Source: Reclinomonas americana ATCC 50394 (Eukaryota). Taken from it: DNA of 35,257 bases. Position numbers and translations under genes: made by a program. Within the stretch, counting starts at the first letter, position 1; each line of letters opens with the position of its first letter. A model generated the notes under the pieces. It saw only the letters and a program-made list of their open reading frames with translations, searched no databases and was not told the DNA's origin. Positions 10,801 through 22,634 of the stretch are shown one piece after another. The stretch spans positions 89,456-124,712 of the forward strand of contig PS015101.1 in NCBI GenBank assembly GCA_048213135.1, written 5' to 3'.

Positions 10801-12626
10801 TCTTGCTGCTGCTGTTGTTCCCTCGCCTCTGCCTCTGCGTGATGTCGTTCCAACTCGTGCTCCAACTCCTGCACTCGTCCCATGAGGTCTTGGTTCCGCT
10901 GGATGAGTTCGCGCACCTCGTCTTGCACAGCGACATCGTCGGCCAGCCGCTGCGTCACCCGCTCATGCATGGCGTCGCGCTGTTCGCGCAGTGCGCGCAG
11001 CTCCTCCAACACCACCTCCAGGCCAGTCGCTGTCTGACCTTCGGATTCCGTCGACGGAGGCGACAACTCGGCCGTCACCTTGTCGAGTGCATCCTGCAGT
11101 GTTCGTCTCTCCAGCCGCTCCAACGCCAGCTTCTCCTGCAAATCGTCCATCAGCAAGCGGTGCTGCTCGCTCATCTGTGTGCGATTTAGGAAAGCGTCAG
11201 CGTTGCAAATAATCGTAGCATGCAACACTTTAGCACCACTCGACCTCCTGCATGTCGTCGAGTGCCTTGCGGTGACTTGCGCGAGTGCGGTTCAGCTCGC
11301 GAGCCACCGTCTCACGATCGGCAATCACAGCCTCCATCTGTCGACGCTCATGTCAGGCACCACATGACGAACAGCGACACGCGTGCAACAAACCTTCGCC
11401 TCCACCAGCCTTATCTCCGCCTCCCGCTTGCTGGCATCCTCCACTCGCTTTCGTAACCTGTCACGCTCCAGTGCCACAGACCGTGAATCCACTCGCGCAC
11501 TCTGCAACTCGGCGCGTGTCCCCTCCAACGCCGCTTGCATCTCAATCGTGTGCTCGCGCAGCTCAGCCTCTCGACCCTCTGCTTGCCGCGCCGCAAGCTC
11601 AGCCTGACTCGCACGCGCTGCCGCAGCTTCCGCCTGCACGCAACCCCCCACACGTGCGTGAGAGAGAGAACGAACACAAGGCGGCGGGGCGGTGGAGAGA
11701 CGACTACACAACAATGCGTTCCAGCTCGGCACTGTGCAACTCGGCCTCCCTCAGCGCCTGCTCCACTCGCTCGTTCCGCTCCCGCTCCTCACGCGCCTTC
11801 TTCACCGTCTCCATGGTCTTTCGTCGTTCATCCTCGAAGGCCTCGCGCTGCCGATCGCCGTCAGCTCGCAACTCATTCACCTGATCCAGTAACCTGCACT
11901 CGGCGTCTCAGAGCCTCACTCGCATGCAGACACACACACAGGAGGGCAACATGCACACCGATCACGAGCGTCCTCTGCCAATCGACAGCGATCCGAAACA
12001 TCGGCGAGCTGCCTCGATAACCGCGAGAACTTGTTGCCGAGCGCCTCCAGCTCACGCGACGGCGGCGAGCACGACAGCTCATCCCGCGACGAGCTACTAC
12101 TTGCACTCCCTCCAACGCCACCACCACCAGCAGTGCTCGCCCCGACTCCAGTCGGCGACGCGAAAATCCCACTTACAATCGTCGACGACGAGTTGCTGGC
12201 GTTCGACAATGGACTGCCCCGCGAGATCAAAATCAGCACCTGCAATGACCCTGCAATCGCCCTCTCTTCTCATCACATTGTGCCTATTTCCCCCCCTACC
12301 TTGTCGACATGTGCAAGAGATGCCGCTGCGAGGGCGGCAATCCACCAGTGCCCGGTGGACTCATTGTCACCAGTGAATCATCGCCTCCCACACTGGAGTT
12401 TGCAGTGGGCATCGACACTCGATGAGGCTGATCGCGATCCGACGCCGACAGCGACATGAGCACCGCCACTGCCTCCACCTCTGCACACACACACACACAC
12501 ACACACACAAAGAAGAAGAAGAAGAGAAAATTAGGCGCGAAAAAACATGCTGAGAAAGAGCGACTGTGTGCGATGAGGATAGAGAGAGTGAGAGAGTGTG
12601 TGCATGAGAGACGCACCTTGTTGCAT
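7803..12626 (-). CDS. Long coiled-coil protein of unknown function (multi-exon; start at ATG 12626 or 12457)
   Basis: Successive minus-strand exons rich in E/Q/R/L/A heptads (e.g. LMDDLQEKLALERLERRTLQDALDKV; LRSDLQREHEARAKLRSECASLRSQL), S/P/T-rich tail ending ELLAELESFAHTP*. No family recognised. Confidence 0.75.
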
Positions 12627-12847
12627 TGGTAGGCAACGACGCACGACAACACACACGCGCGTAAAACCAAATTGCGCAGACGGTAACCCGCGCCGTGATT
12701 GCGGGCAGCGCGAAGAGAAATTCGCCGGCAACCCACATTCATACTCCCTCTCAGTCACATCGCTTTGCCTCAGTCATCTCTTTGTGTATCGTGTTTCTCT
12801 GTGTGTCTGTCTGTGTCTGGTTGTGTGTGTCTGTGCGTTTGTGAGGA

Positions 12848-15800
12848 ATGGGTGTGACGAGCAGTGGGGCAGTCACTGACTTGGGTAATGCAACTGCCTC
12901 CTTCCGCTCTGCACCGCGATCCGTTGGTTCAGTTGCGCATCACTCTCTTGCCTCTTATGTGTGTGCATGTGTGTGCGTGTGTGTGCGTGAGTGAGGGCAG
13001 ACACACGAGGAGGACGAGATGGTCATGTCCAGAGAGAGAGGCCCGCTCTTACTCACTCACTCACTCACTCGCTTACACACACAGCATGGAGTCAAGGTCG
13101 AAGGATGGCTTCTCCGTGAAGGTCGCCTCTCACCTCTCTCACTCACTCTCTCTATCTCTTTTGCTCGGACTGATCCATTGTTGTTGATTGCATGTTTCAG
13201 GTGGCGCACGANNNNNNNNNNNNNNNNNNNNNNNNNNNNNNNNNNNNNNNNNNNNNNNNNNNNNNNNNNNNNNNNNNNNNNNNNNNNNNNNNNNNNNNNN
13301 NNNNNNNNNNNNNNNNNNNNNNNNNNNNNNNNNNNNNNNNNNNNNNNNNNNNNNNNNNNNNNNNNNNNNNNNNNNNNNNNNNNNNNNNNNNNNNNNNNNN
13401 NNNNNNNNNNNNNNNNNNNNNNNNNNNNNNNNNNNNNNNNNNNNNNNNNNNNNNNNNNNNNNNNNNNNNNNNNNNNNNNNNNNNNNNNNNNNNNNNNNNN
13501 NNNNNNNNNNNNNNNNNNNNNNNNNNNNNNNNNNNNNNNNNNNNNNNNNNNNNNNNNNNNNNNNNNNNNNNNNNNNNNNNNNNNNNNNNNNNNNNNNNNN
13601 NNNNNNNNNNNNNNNNNNNNNNNNNNNNNNNNNNNNNNNNNNNNNNNNNNNNNNNNNNNNNNNNNGGCATTAAGCTCTACTGGTGCACCTTTGACGGATC
13701 GGCCTTTCGCGCCTTTGGCAGCGCACAGGCGCGTCTCACTATTGTGGAGTTCCCGCGCATTCTCTCGCTCTTACACAAAACTGTGATTTGCTCAGTGTCT
13801 GGATGAGGAGTTGGTGTTTGAGGTCAGGGCGGGTGAGATTGAGGTGCGATCGCTGGCGTCGCCCAACATGTTTGCGCTGGTGGCGGGTCCGACTCGGGAG
13901 TATCACTTTATGACGGCGTCGGGCACCGAGGCGCGCTCGTGGATGGCGGTGCTGCAGCACCCGAGCATGTTGGATTCGTCGGAGGCGCTGGGAGTGTTGC
14001 TGGGAGGGGTGGCGATGGAGGGTGGCGCAGAGATTGGTGCGTCGCCGTCGGCGGCGGCGGCGGGTGTGATGGGAGTTGAGCAGGGAAGGGCAGGGAGTCG
14101 CAAGTCGTCGCTGGCCACGCTTGATGTGCCCGGCGGCATTGGTGGTGGTGGGGACGCGCGCGATGGTGGATCGCCGAATCGACGATCCACCATGCGGAGA
14201 CAGAGTTTCATGTATCAGGCGCAGCCGTCGGGCGAGGTCATGGGAGCCCTGTTCAAGTTACGCGCCAGAGGCACGCCGGCGGAGATGTTCAAGTTGTTGT
14301 CTCACNNNNNNNNNNNNNNNNNNNNNNNNNNNNNNNNNNNNNNNNNNNNNNNNNNNNNNNNNNNNNNNNNNNNNNNNNNNNNNNNNNNNNNNNNNNNNNN
14401 NNNNNNNNNNNNNNNNNNNNNNNNNNNNNNNNNNNNNNNNNNNNNNNNNNNNNNNNNNNNNNNNNNNNNNNNNNNNNNNNNNNNNNNNNNNNNNNNNNNN
14501 NNNNNNNNNNNNNNNNNNNNNNNNNNNNNNNNNNNNNNNNNNNNNNNNNNNNNNNNNNNNNNNNNNNNNNNNNNNNNNNNNNNNNNNNNNNNNNNNNNNN
14601 NNNNNNNNNNNNNNNNNNNNNNNNNNNNNNNNNNNNNNNNNNNNNNNNNNNNNNNNNNNNNNNNNNNNNNNNNNNNNNNNNNNNNNNNNNNNNNNNNNGC
14701 ATCACCGTGCAGTGCCAATGCCAGCTCTGCGTCGCGCCAGAGAGCACACTCTCGTGTGGCATCGATCGGCGCCGTGATGCAGCTGGCGAGTGCGGCCGAC
14801 AATCGGTTCTCGCTGGCGGCCGACTCGGCGGGTATGCCTGGTTACGCGAGCAGCTCGCGCAGTTTGTCGCCGGCGTCGGGGCAGCCGCCGCGACCTGGGT
14901 CACGGTTGGATCGCTCCAAGCAGCGTCAGCGAGCGCAGGCCAGTCGTGTCGTTGCGTGTGTGCGGCAGTACGTGACAAGAGGAAATGGATGGTGCTTGAG
15001 AGTTCTCACACGACCTGCGCAGGGTGCATCTGCGTCGCTGTCGCCGCGACCACCACGCGGACCGTCGTCAACCTTGGCCACCGATGCGGCGTCGGCGGTC
15101 GACGCTTCTGAAGTGCGTTCGTCGCCTGTGGAGTCTGTCGGCAATGGTGTTGCTCGTGCCGCACCTGCTGCCCAGCCACCGTCGATCGCCATTTCTGTTC
15201 CGCGCGGCACTGCTGTGCACTCGGACGACTCCGAAGACGACGACACACCGGTGCCTGAGCCATTATCGCCACCATCGAATGTGATACCGGTCGTCACCAC
15301 CGCCGTCACTGCTACCACTGCTGCTACTGCTGTCAGCAACGGTTCTTCTGCTGCGGCGCAAGCCAAGGTGCACACGGCCGCTACGCATGGTGCCTCGTCT
15401 CCGCCGCCATCAGCATCAGCAGCACACGCCGGATCGCCGTCAACTCCACCACCCGCCACTCAGAACGGCGGTGCGGAGGAGGAGGAGGTGATTGGCGTCT
15501 CTGGCTCCAATGGATCGTCACCGGTGGGCGCGGGATCGGAGGATGCGGGGTCAATGTCGTCGGATGTGGCCGTGGGCACGAGGACACGAAGGAAGAGTGT
15601 GCGGAAATCGGCACCGAGCGCTGGACAGTCTTCTCTGGATCTGGAGGGTGCCACTGGCGTTCCACCACAACCACCACCAGCAGCAGCGGCGTCGGCAGGT
15701 GCTTCTGGCAGCGACGGCCCTGCACACGTATCGATTTCGGCGTTCGATGAGGTGTTGGGACTCGAGTTCCGTTTTTTCGTTCACTTTTGCTCCATCATTC

Positions 15801-18800
15801 TGTGCGTTCTTGTCGAACTGACAGCGGTGGCGATGGCGTCAGGGGTCTGTTTGTGTGGCACGTCTCCAAGTTCCAACTGGTTCGTGTGCCGGAGCACGAC
15901 ATTGGCACCTTCCTCACCGGCAATGCCTATGTTCTACTGTATGCTGCGTAACACTCGTCCTCCCCTCGCCACTCTTTTCCCAACAACCGGTTGCTGACGT
16001 CGCGCCACAACAGAGTGATGCTGGTGGCCAGCATGTGCATTACTGGGTGGGCAGCAAGGCGCCGATGGATGTGCGCACGTGCGCTGCGTTCTTTGCCAAC
16101 ACGCTCGCCTCGACCGAGTACTGCCCGAACCTCGTGTCGCAATCACGCGAGGTCTGTACATTTGCTTGTTTTTTCCTTTTCTGCGTTGGTCACTGAAGAA
16201 CGTTGGCGGTCGCAGGAGGAGGACAACACCACGGATCGCTTCCTGCTCTACTTCCCACAGGGCGTGCGCTACTTGGAGGGCAGTTCCGGCACCGGTCTCA
16301 TGCGACCACAGCCGCTCGACGACACCACGTACGTGTACCGTGTGGTGGAGCAGCGCGCCTCCTCGGGTCGCGTGGCTGTGCGACCGCTGGTGGAGCAAGT
16401 CGATCCGCAGCTGCAGGAGGGCCTCAACACCTTCTGCGCCTACGTCGTGTCGACGCCGGAGCACGTGTATCACTGGCGAGGCAGTCGGTCGTCCCGACGT
16501 GTGCACGCCAAGGCCATGGAAATGTGCCAGTTGGTGAAGGACTTTAGGCAGTTTGCCAAGCCGGAGAAAGTCAGGATAGTGCCGTTTGGTGAGTGGGGTA
16601 GATATGAGGGAAGGGGGGAGAGAAGAAGGAATGGGGGGAGGAGATGGTGATGACCTCTCTCTCTCTCTCTCTGTTTGTCAACTTGTCGTCTCTTTTCTTA
16701 GTCTCTCTCCCTTCCCGTTTTTGTCTCACATCATCTGCGTGCAGACGAGGATGACGATTGCAGCGACTTGTGGCGCGTGCTGCAAGGATCACGACCGGTG
16801 AATGTGGTGGAGCCGGAGCTCGATCCACCAACAGTGGGCCTCTACATGTTGCGCGCTGGTCACCGCCGACGTCCCCACTTGTGCATCTCGTTCTGAGAAA
16901 GTATTCTTCTTTGCTCGACACAGGGTGACGGTATCCACCGACGCCAAGGTGGGCATTCAGGAGATTTGCTCAGAACCCAGCGATCTCAAGGTCGGTCTGC
17001 TGGAGAGTGCGCATTGCTACTTGCTGGAGTGCAACGCACAGCTCTTTGTGTGGATTGGCAAGCATGCGCCACACCAGGATCGTGCCGCCGTCGTGCAGCT
17101 CGCACAAGTTGCGTGTGTGTTGTGTGCCAGCATGTGCAACCTTAGTGATGTGCTCACACTTTGCTACCGCAGACATTCCGCTCACATTTCGATTTGCCCG
17201 AATGGACACCGGTGACTCGAGTGGCCGAGGGTGGCGAGCCGGCCCTGTTCAAGAGCCTCTTTGCTGGCTGGGTGAAGCCGTTCCGGTTCACCATGAACCC
17301 GAGTGCCAACTTGGCGCAAACCACACGCGCCTCGCAGTCTTCGATGACCACGGCTGGTGGTGTGCCCATGCTCACCGACATTGCCTCGTTCCACATGTCC
17401 GGCAGTTTGGATGTGATTGCGGAGGAGGCGGCACGTGCCTTGCAGCAAGCGCAGCTGGACGAGGAGCAAGACACGGACGACGATGTGGAGGTGTGGCGTA
17501 TTGATAATGAGGGCATCTGGCCGGTGCCGGATGGCGCGTGGGGCGTGTTCTTGAGTGGGGAGTGCTACTTGGTGGTGCACACCACCCTCAAGCCGGGAGT
17601 GCCGGAGACCGATCCCGACGCGCACTTGTGTAATGTGTATTTTTGGCGAGGTGTGTGAGAGGGAAAACGATAGAGGGAAGGGATACAGGGAGATAGGAGG
17701 AGAGAGAGTGAGGTGAAGAAAAAAGGGAGGAAGGAGGCGCGAGAGAGAGATAACGAAGTTATGTTGGCAGAGATGTAGAGAGTGTGTGTGTGAGAGAGAG
17801 AGAGGGGAGAGGGCGAGAGGGAGGAATGGAGCGACCAGGAAGTGCGGGGAGGCATAGATGGAGAGAGAGAGAGGAAGTGAGGTGTGTGGAGGATGATGAA
17901 GTGAAAGAGAAAGAAGAGGGAAGTAAGGGCTGTGAGAGAGACTTCAATAGTGTTTTGCAGGGGTAAGGATTTTACGTAGAGAGGAGGAGGAAGGACGTGC
18001 AAGAGAGTGAGAGAATGTGGGAGTGAGGCAGTGGGAGTGAGGATGTCAGGTGAGAGTTTGCTGATTGCTGGTGCCACTCAGGTTTGGATGTCGAGGCGCG
18101 GCTGGTCATGGCGTGGAAACTCTTTTTGGAGAAGCTCGTGGAGCAGAAGCTGGTGGAGAAGATTGGCAAGGTGCCAGAAAAGGTGGAGATCACCGAGCGG
18201 AAGGAGGTGCTGCCGTTCCTCCGACTCTTTGACTGCCATATCACCGTGTTGAGAGTTGCGTAGCATTCTCGGCTCTCTTTTCCCCCATCTTGCGGCTCAT
18301 TTCCATCGACAGGGGTTGACCATCAACACGCTGGCGGGCGAGGAGTTGGAAATTTTGAAGCGTGCGCCGATCCTGTTGAACATCAAGGGCTGTGCGTCAC
18401 CACCTGCCGTGCGGGCAGTGGAGTGCACGTTGGTGCGTACCCCGGTGTCGTTGCCACTGCCCCTCTCTTTCCCTCTCTGTGTGTGCTCACTCCGCCAACA
18501 ACAGTCGGCCGCATCACTCAACTCGGGTGATGTGTTCCTGCTGCTCACCGACGAGAAGTTGTATGCGTGGATCGGTCATGGTGCGCAGCCGATGACCATC
18601 GGCTTCTTGTCTCGCCTGCCACCGGCGCTGCTGGTACATGCTCGCCTTGTTGTTATCGACGCCCATGCATCTTCATGTAGTGTGCTGACTCCTGCTCCCT
18701 GACAGAATGGTCGCTCCGTGGTACGAGTGGGTGAAGGTGCGGAGCCGCCGGACTTTTGGGCGACTCTGGGCGGAGTCAAGCCGTACGCCACGTCGGAGCA

Positions 18801-19675
18801 CCTGCGATCACACACACGGCTACCGTACTCGCGCCTGTTCCAGTGCACGCTGATTAGTGGTGCCTTGTCGGTGAGTGGCCGGCGAACTTGTTTTTGCGCG
18901 TGCCGAGCCTCATTCACACCACATGCTCCGCAGGTCGAGGAAGTGCTGTCATACAGCTCCACCGATCTCGACTCCAAGTTTATGTTTATCCTGGACGCAT
19001 ACAGTGAGGTGTTTGTGTGGACGGGCTCGCGCTCCGACAAGCAGCGGCTACGTCCGGCAGTGTTGGCGGCCGCCACGGTTCGTACCATGCTGTGAATGCG
19101 ATGTTGCCACCCGTGTTTAGAGTGTCTCATCTCGCTTCCTCGCAGCGGTACATTGAGACGGCAAGAGACGGACGGTTGGGCGACACACCGATTGTGGAGG
19201 TTCTGGAGGGTCAGGAACCGGTGCTGTTCACCTGCCATTTCCAGGTTTGTATCCTCTTTCTCTCGCGCTTGTACAAACTGATTGTCGACTGACTTACTGT
19301 GCGGCGCTGCAGGGTTGGCGACCAACCTTTGAGAAGGAGTTTGACGATCCGTACGACGAGAAGATGCGGCGCACAGGTCGTGTGGGTCGCGTGCTGCCGT
19401 CGGCCAACTCACCCGCGGGTGTTGCCGGTCCATCGGGCTCCGCGGGCGACAGGAGACCATCGGCAGCCGCCGAGCCGGCCAAGTCGCCGAGTCCATCACT
19501 GTTGTACTCGGCGATCCGCGGGCAGCCGGCGAGCCCGACCGACGGTGACGACGACTCATCGGGTGGCGAGAGCGACGACTCGGATGAGAGTCGGCACACG
19601 GTCGGCCGTGCCCTGCTCCGGCAGCGCGCACTCATGAATCAGCGGCAGCCAACAGTAGGGTCGCCGCATCAATGA
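12848..19675 (+). CDS. PH domain + six gelsolin repeats (villin/gelsolin superfamily), no villin headpiece; contains two N-gaps
   Basis: PH: KVEGWLLREG...YWCTFDG...FALVAGPTREYHFMTASGTEARSWMAVLQ. Gelsolin repeats: VWHVSKFQLVRVP...GNAYVLL, HYWVG, LLESAHCYLLE...LFVWIGK, EGGEPALFKSLFAGW, VEVWRID...GVFLSGECYLV, SLNSGDVFLL...YAWIG, FILDAYSEVFVWTG, EGQEPVLFTCHFQGW. Confidence 0.9.
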
Positions 19676-19856
19676 GAGGTTGGTTGTAGTGGTGAGAAAA
19701 ATTATTATGTGGCAGTATACTTTCGGTTCCTTTTTTGTGCGCGGTTTGTGTGTCGCACAGTTCTCCCCGCGACCTCACTGCGTCGGGCAGTCGCCAGCTC
19801 CAGTGATTCTGGCGCGACTGATAGATGCATCACCGTGACGATTCACAGCGACGATC

Positions 19857-21343
19857 TCACGTTGAAGGAATGTCTTCCGTTAGACTCCTCAGCGCCAGCT
19901 CCAACTGCGCGGCATCGAGGCCTGGCACTCCACTCGGTCTCCGCTCCATCGTTTGTTGCTGCTGTTGCTCACCATCATCCATCGCACCTGCAGTGGATGC
20001 AGATAATGCCTCGTCCGGCTGCGGTGCCTCGAGCGATGCCCTGCACATACAAGTTAGACGATGCGTTGCGATGCATCAACGTCGGGATCGACAGACAGAC
20101 CTGTACGCATCCTTCAGATCGCGATCCACCAGCCGTCGCATCACGCGTCGCACTGATTCCGATTCGCCGCAGTGCGAGAGGTACTCTGAAGCGAAGGGAG
20201 GAGAAGAAGAGGAGGTGAGGGCGGGATGAGGCAGGGAAAGAGAACGAAAGGTGACTGAGAGCTGCAGACTACGCTCTGTAGTTGTATTGATCAGCACGTC
20301 GACAAGAGAGACAGAACGAGAAAACGATGCTATCACCACAACGAACAAGAGAGACAAGACTCCTTTCCCCAAGGCAGCGCAGCGATTACCTGCAACCGAT
20401 GCACAAACGAATCGCNNNNNNNNNNNNNNNNNNNNTGAGAGAGCGCGACAGAAGCGAGACAACTCATCATGAACGACACCAAGCGAAGGAAACGATTGTA
20501 CGATCAGCAGTATCGCCACAACGAAAGAGAGGGGCACGATCCTCACTTCTTCCTGCCCTTCTTCAACCAGACAACCAACGAATCGTTAGAGCGAACTCGA
20601 CAGAAGCGAGACAACTCATCATGCACGACACCAAGCGAAGGAAACGATTGTACGATCAGCAGTATCGCCACAACGAAAGAGAGGGGCACGATCCTCACTT
20701 CTTCCTGCCCTTCTTCAACCACACAACAAACGAATCGCTGAGAGAGCGCGACAGAAGCGAGACAACTCATCATGCACGACACGACGAGCGAAGGAAACGA
20801 TTGTACGATCAGCACTGTCGCCACAACGAACTGAGAGACATGTCTCCTCCTTTGCCTCCCCTCTCGCCCCAGCACGAGAGAGCGCGATACACAGGCGGAC
20901 AACTCATAATGCACGACACCAAGAGAGCGAAGGAAACACCGACGCGATCAACCCAATCCCCACGAACTGAGAGACATGTCTCCTCCTTTGCCTCCCCTCT
21001 TCCTTCACTCCCACGGAGACAACTCACCAAACACCACCAACCGATGCACAAACGAATCACCCATCACTCTCTCCATCAGCTGCGCACCACATCAGCAACA
21101 AAACAACAATGTCCTGCTCACACTTACCATCATACACACCTCTCTCTGCGCCAACGACGCCGCCCGCTGCGTCCACCTTCGCGTCGCCGCAACGTCCACT
21201 CTGCGACGTTCCCCTTTCCCCTTCTCGTCGACGTCCTCGCCACTGTCACTGCTGGACGCTCGACGTCGCCGCTTTCTGCTCCTCTTGCTCACTTCTGGCT
21301 CGCTGTCATCGCTGCCGTTGCCATAGCTCGCCAGTGACTCCAT
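19857..21343 (-). CDS. Small hypothetical, probably nuclear protein (~165 aa, 4 exons)
   Basis: In-frame GT-AG splicing gives MESLASYGNGSDDSEPEVSKRSRKRRRR...LAQRE-LMERVM-EYLSHCGESESVRRVMRRLVDRDLKDAYR-ASLEAPQ...LELALRSLTEDIPST*. Has a basic NLS-like cluster and a CTAAC branch point in the last intron. Confidence 0.65.
20393..21060. repeat. Intronic ~151-nt degenerate tandem repeat plus shorter duplicated blocks
   Basis: GACAGAAGCGAGACAACTCATCATG.ACGACAC...GAAGGAAACGATTGTACGATCAGCA at ~20447, ~20599 and ~20750, decaying near 20890. ACGAACTGAGAGACATGTCTCCTCCTTTGCCTCCCCTCT at ~20826 and ~20962. Confidence 0.9.
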
Positions 21344-22036
21344 CAAAGTGCAACGCGTATCCGTTGATTGGATCGGCTCGTCGACTGACCGTTACTCGAC
21401 CTTGTCGACTTACACTTGTCGCTCCTCTCNNNNNNNNNNNNNNNNNNNNNNNNNNNNNNNNNNNNNNNNNNNNNNNNNNNNNNNNNNNNNNNNNNNNNNN
21501 NNNNNNNNNNNNNNNNNNNNNNNNNNNNNNNNNNNNNNNNNNNNNNNNNNNNNNNNNNNNNNNNNNNNNNNNNNNNNNNNNNNNNNNNNNNNNNNNNNNN
21601 NNNNNNNNNNNNNNNNNNNNNNNNNNNNNNNNNNNNNNNNNNNNNNNNNNNNNNNNNNNNNNNNNNNNNNNNNNNNNNNNNNNNNNNNNNNNNNNNNNNN
21701 NNNNNNNNNNNNNNNNNNNNNNNNNNNNNNNNNNNNNNNNNNNNNNNNNNNNNNNNNNNNNNNNNNNNNNNNNNNNNNNNNNNNNNNNNNNNNNNNNNNN
21801 NNNNNNNNNNNNNNNNNNNNNNNNNNNNNNNNNNNNNNNNNNNNNNNNNNNNNNNNNNNNNNNNNNNNNNNNNNNNNNNNNNNNNNNNNNNNNNNNNNNN
21901 NNNNNNNNNNNNNNNNNNNNNNNNNNNNNNNNNNNNNNNNNNNNNNNNNNNNNNNNNNNNNNATGCGGTGCATGCCCCACCTCAGCCATCTGCCGACGAC
22001 GACACAAACCCCGCACAAATTAGGTCACAAGAATGC

Positions 22037-22440
22037 GCGCGAAACAATCGGAACATCTCTCTCTCTCCTCTTCCTCTCCTCTCGCTCTCTCCCCCCTTCA
22101 ACTCCACCACCCGCTCAAGAACTACCGTGGACGGAACGCAGCAGGGTCGAAAAAAGAGTCGGACAAGTGTGAGGCGAAAAAATTTCGCGCGCAAACAGGG
22201 GTTCTCAGTCAATGCAGACTTTTGTGCAACAAAAAAAATGGATGATGAAATGCGCGACATGTGTAGCGCACATGGCCGACGTCACACACACACACGCACA
22301 CGCACGCACACTGCAGTGGCCGCCACACAGTGGAGAGAGGGTGGCAGAGGGAGAGAGAGCGCAAGAGAGCGCGCGAGAGCGAGAGGAGGGGGGCGAGAAA
22401 AAGAGAGCGTCCATGTTCCATTTCGCGCGTTTTTTCCCGC
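22037..22440. promoter_or_regulatory. Cluster of E2F-type TTTSSCGC motifs in a divergent intergenic region
   Basis: GCGCGAAA 22037-22044, TTTCGCGC 22183-22190 and 22421-22428, TTTCCCGC 22433-22440. Function is inferred only. Confidence 0.3.
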
Positions 22441-22634
22441 GATGCTCACACACAACACACCCCCCCACACGCACCTCCAGCACGCACACAAACGAGTGGC
22501 AGCGGCAGACAGAGAGCGCGAGAGAGAGCAAGCAAACCGCTCACCAACGANNNNNNNNNNNNNNNNNNNNNNNNNNNNNNNNNNNNNNNNNNNNNNNNNN
22601 NNNNNNNNNNNNNNNNNNNNNNNNNNNNNNNNNN

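Noticed and set aside
20327-21337. 336-aa repetitive plus-strand ORF
   Set aside because: It is a translation of the intronic tandem repeat, antisense to a spliced minus-strand gene, and it crosses a gap.
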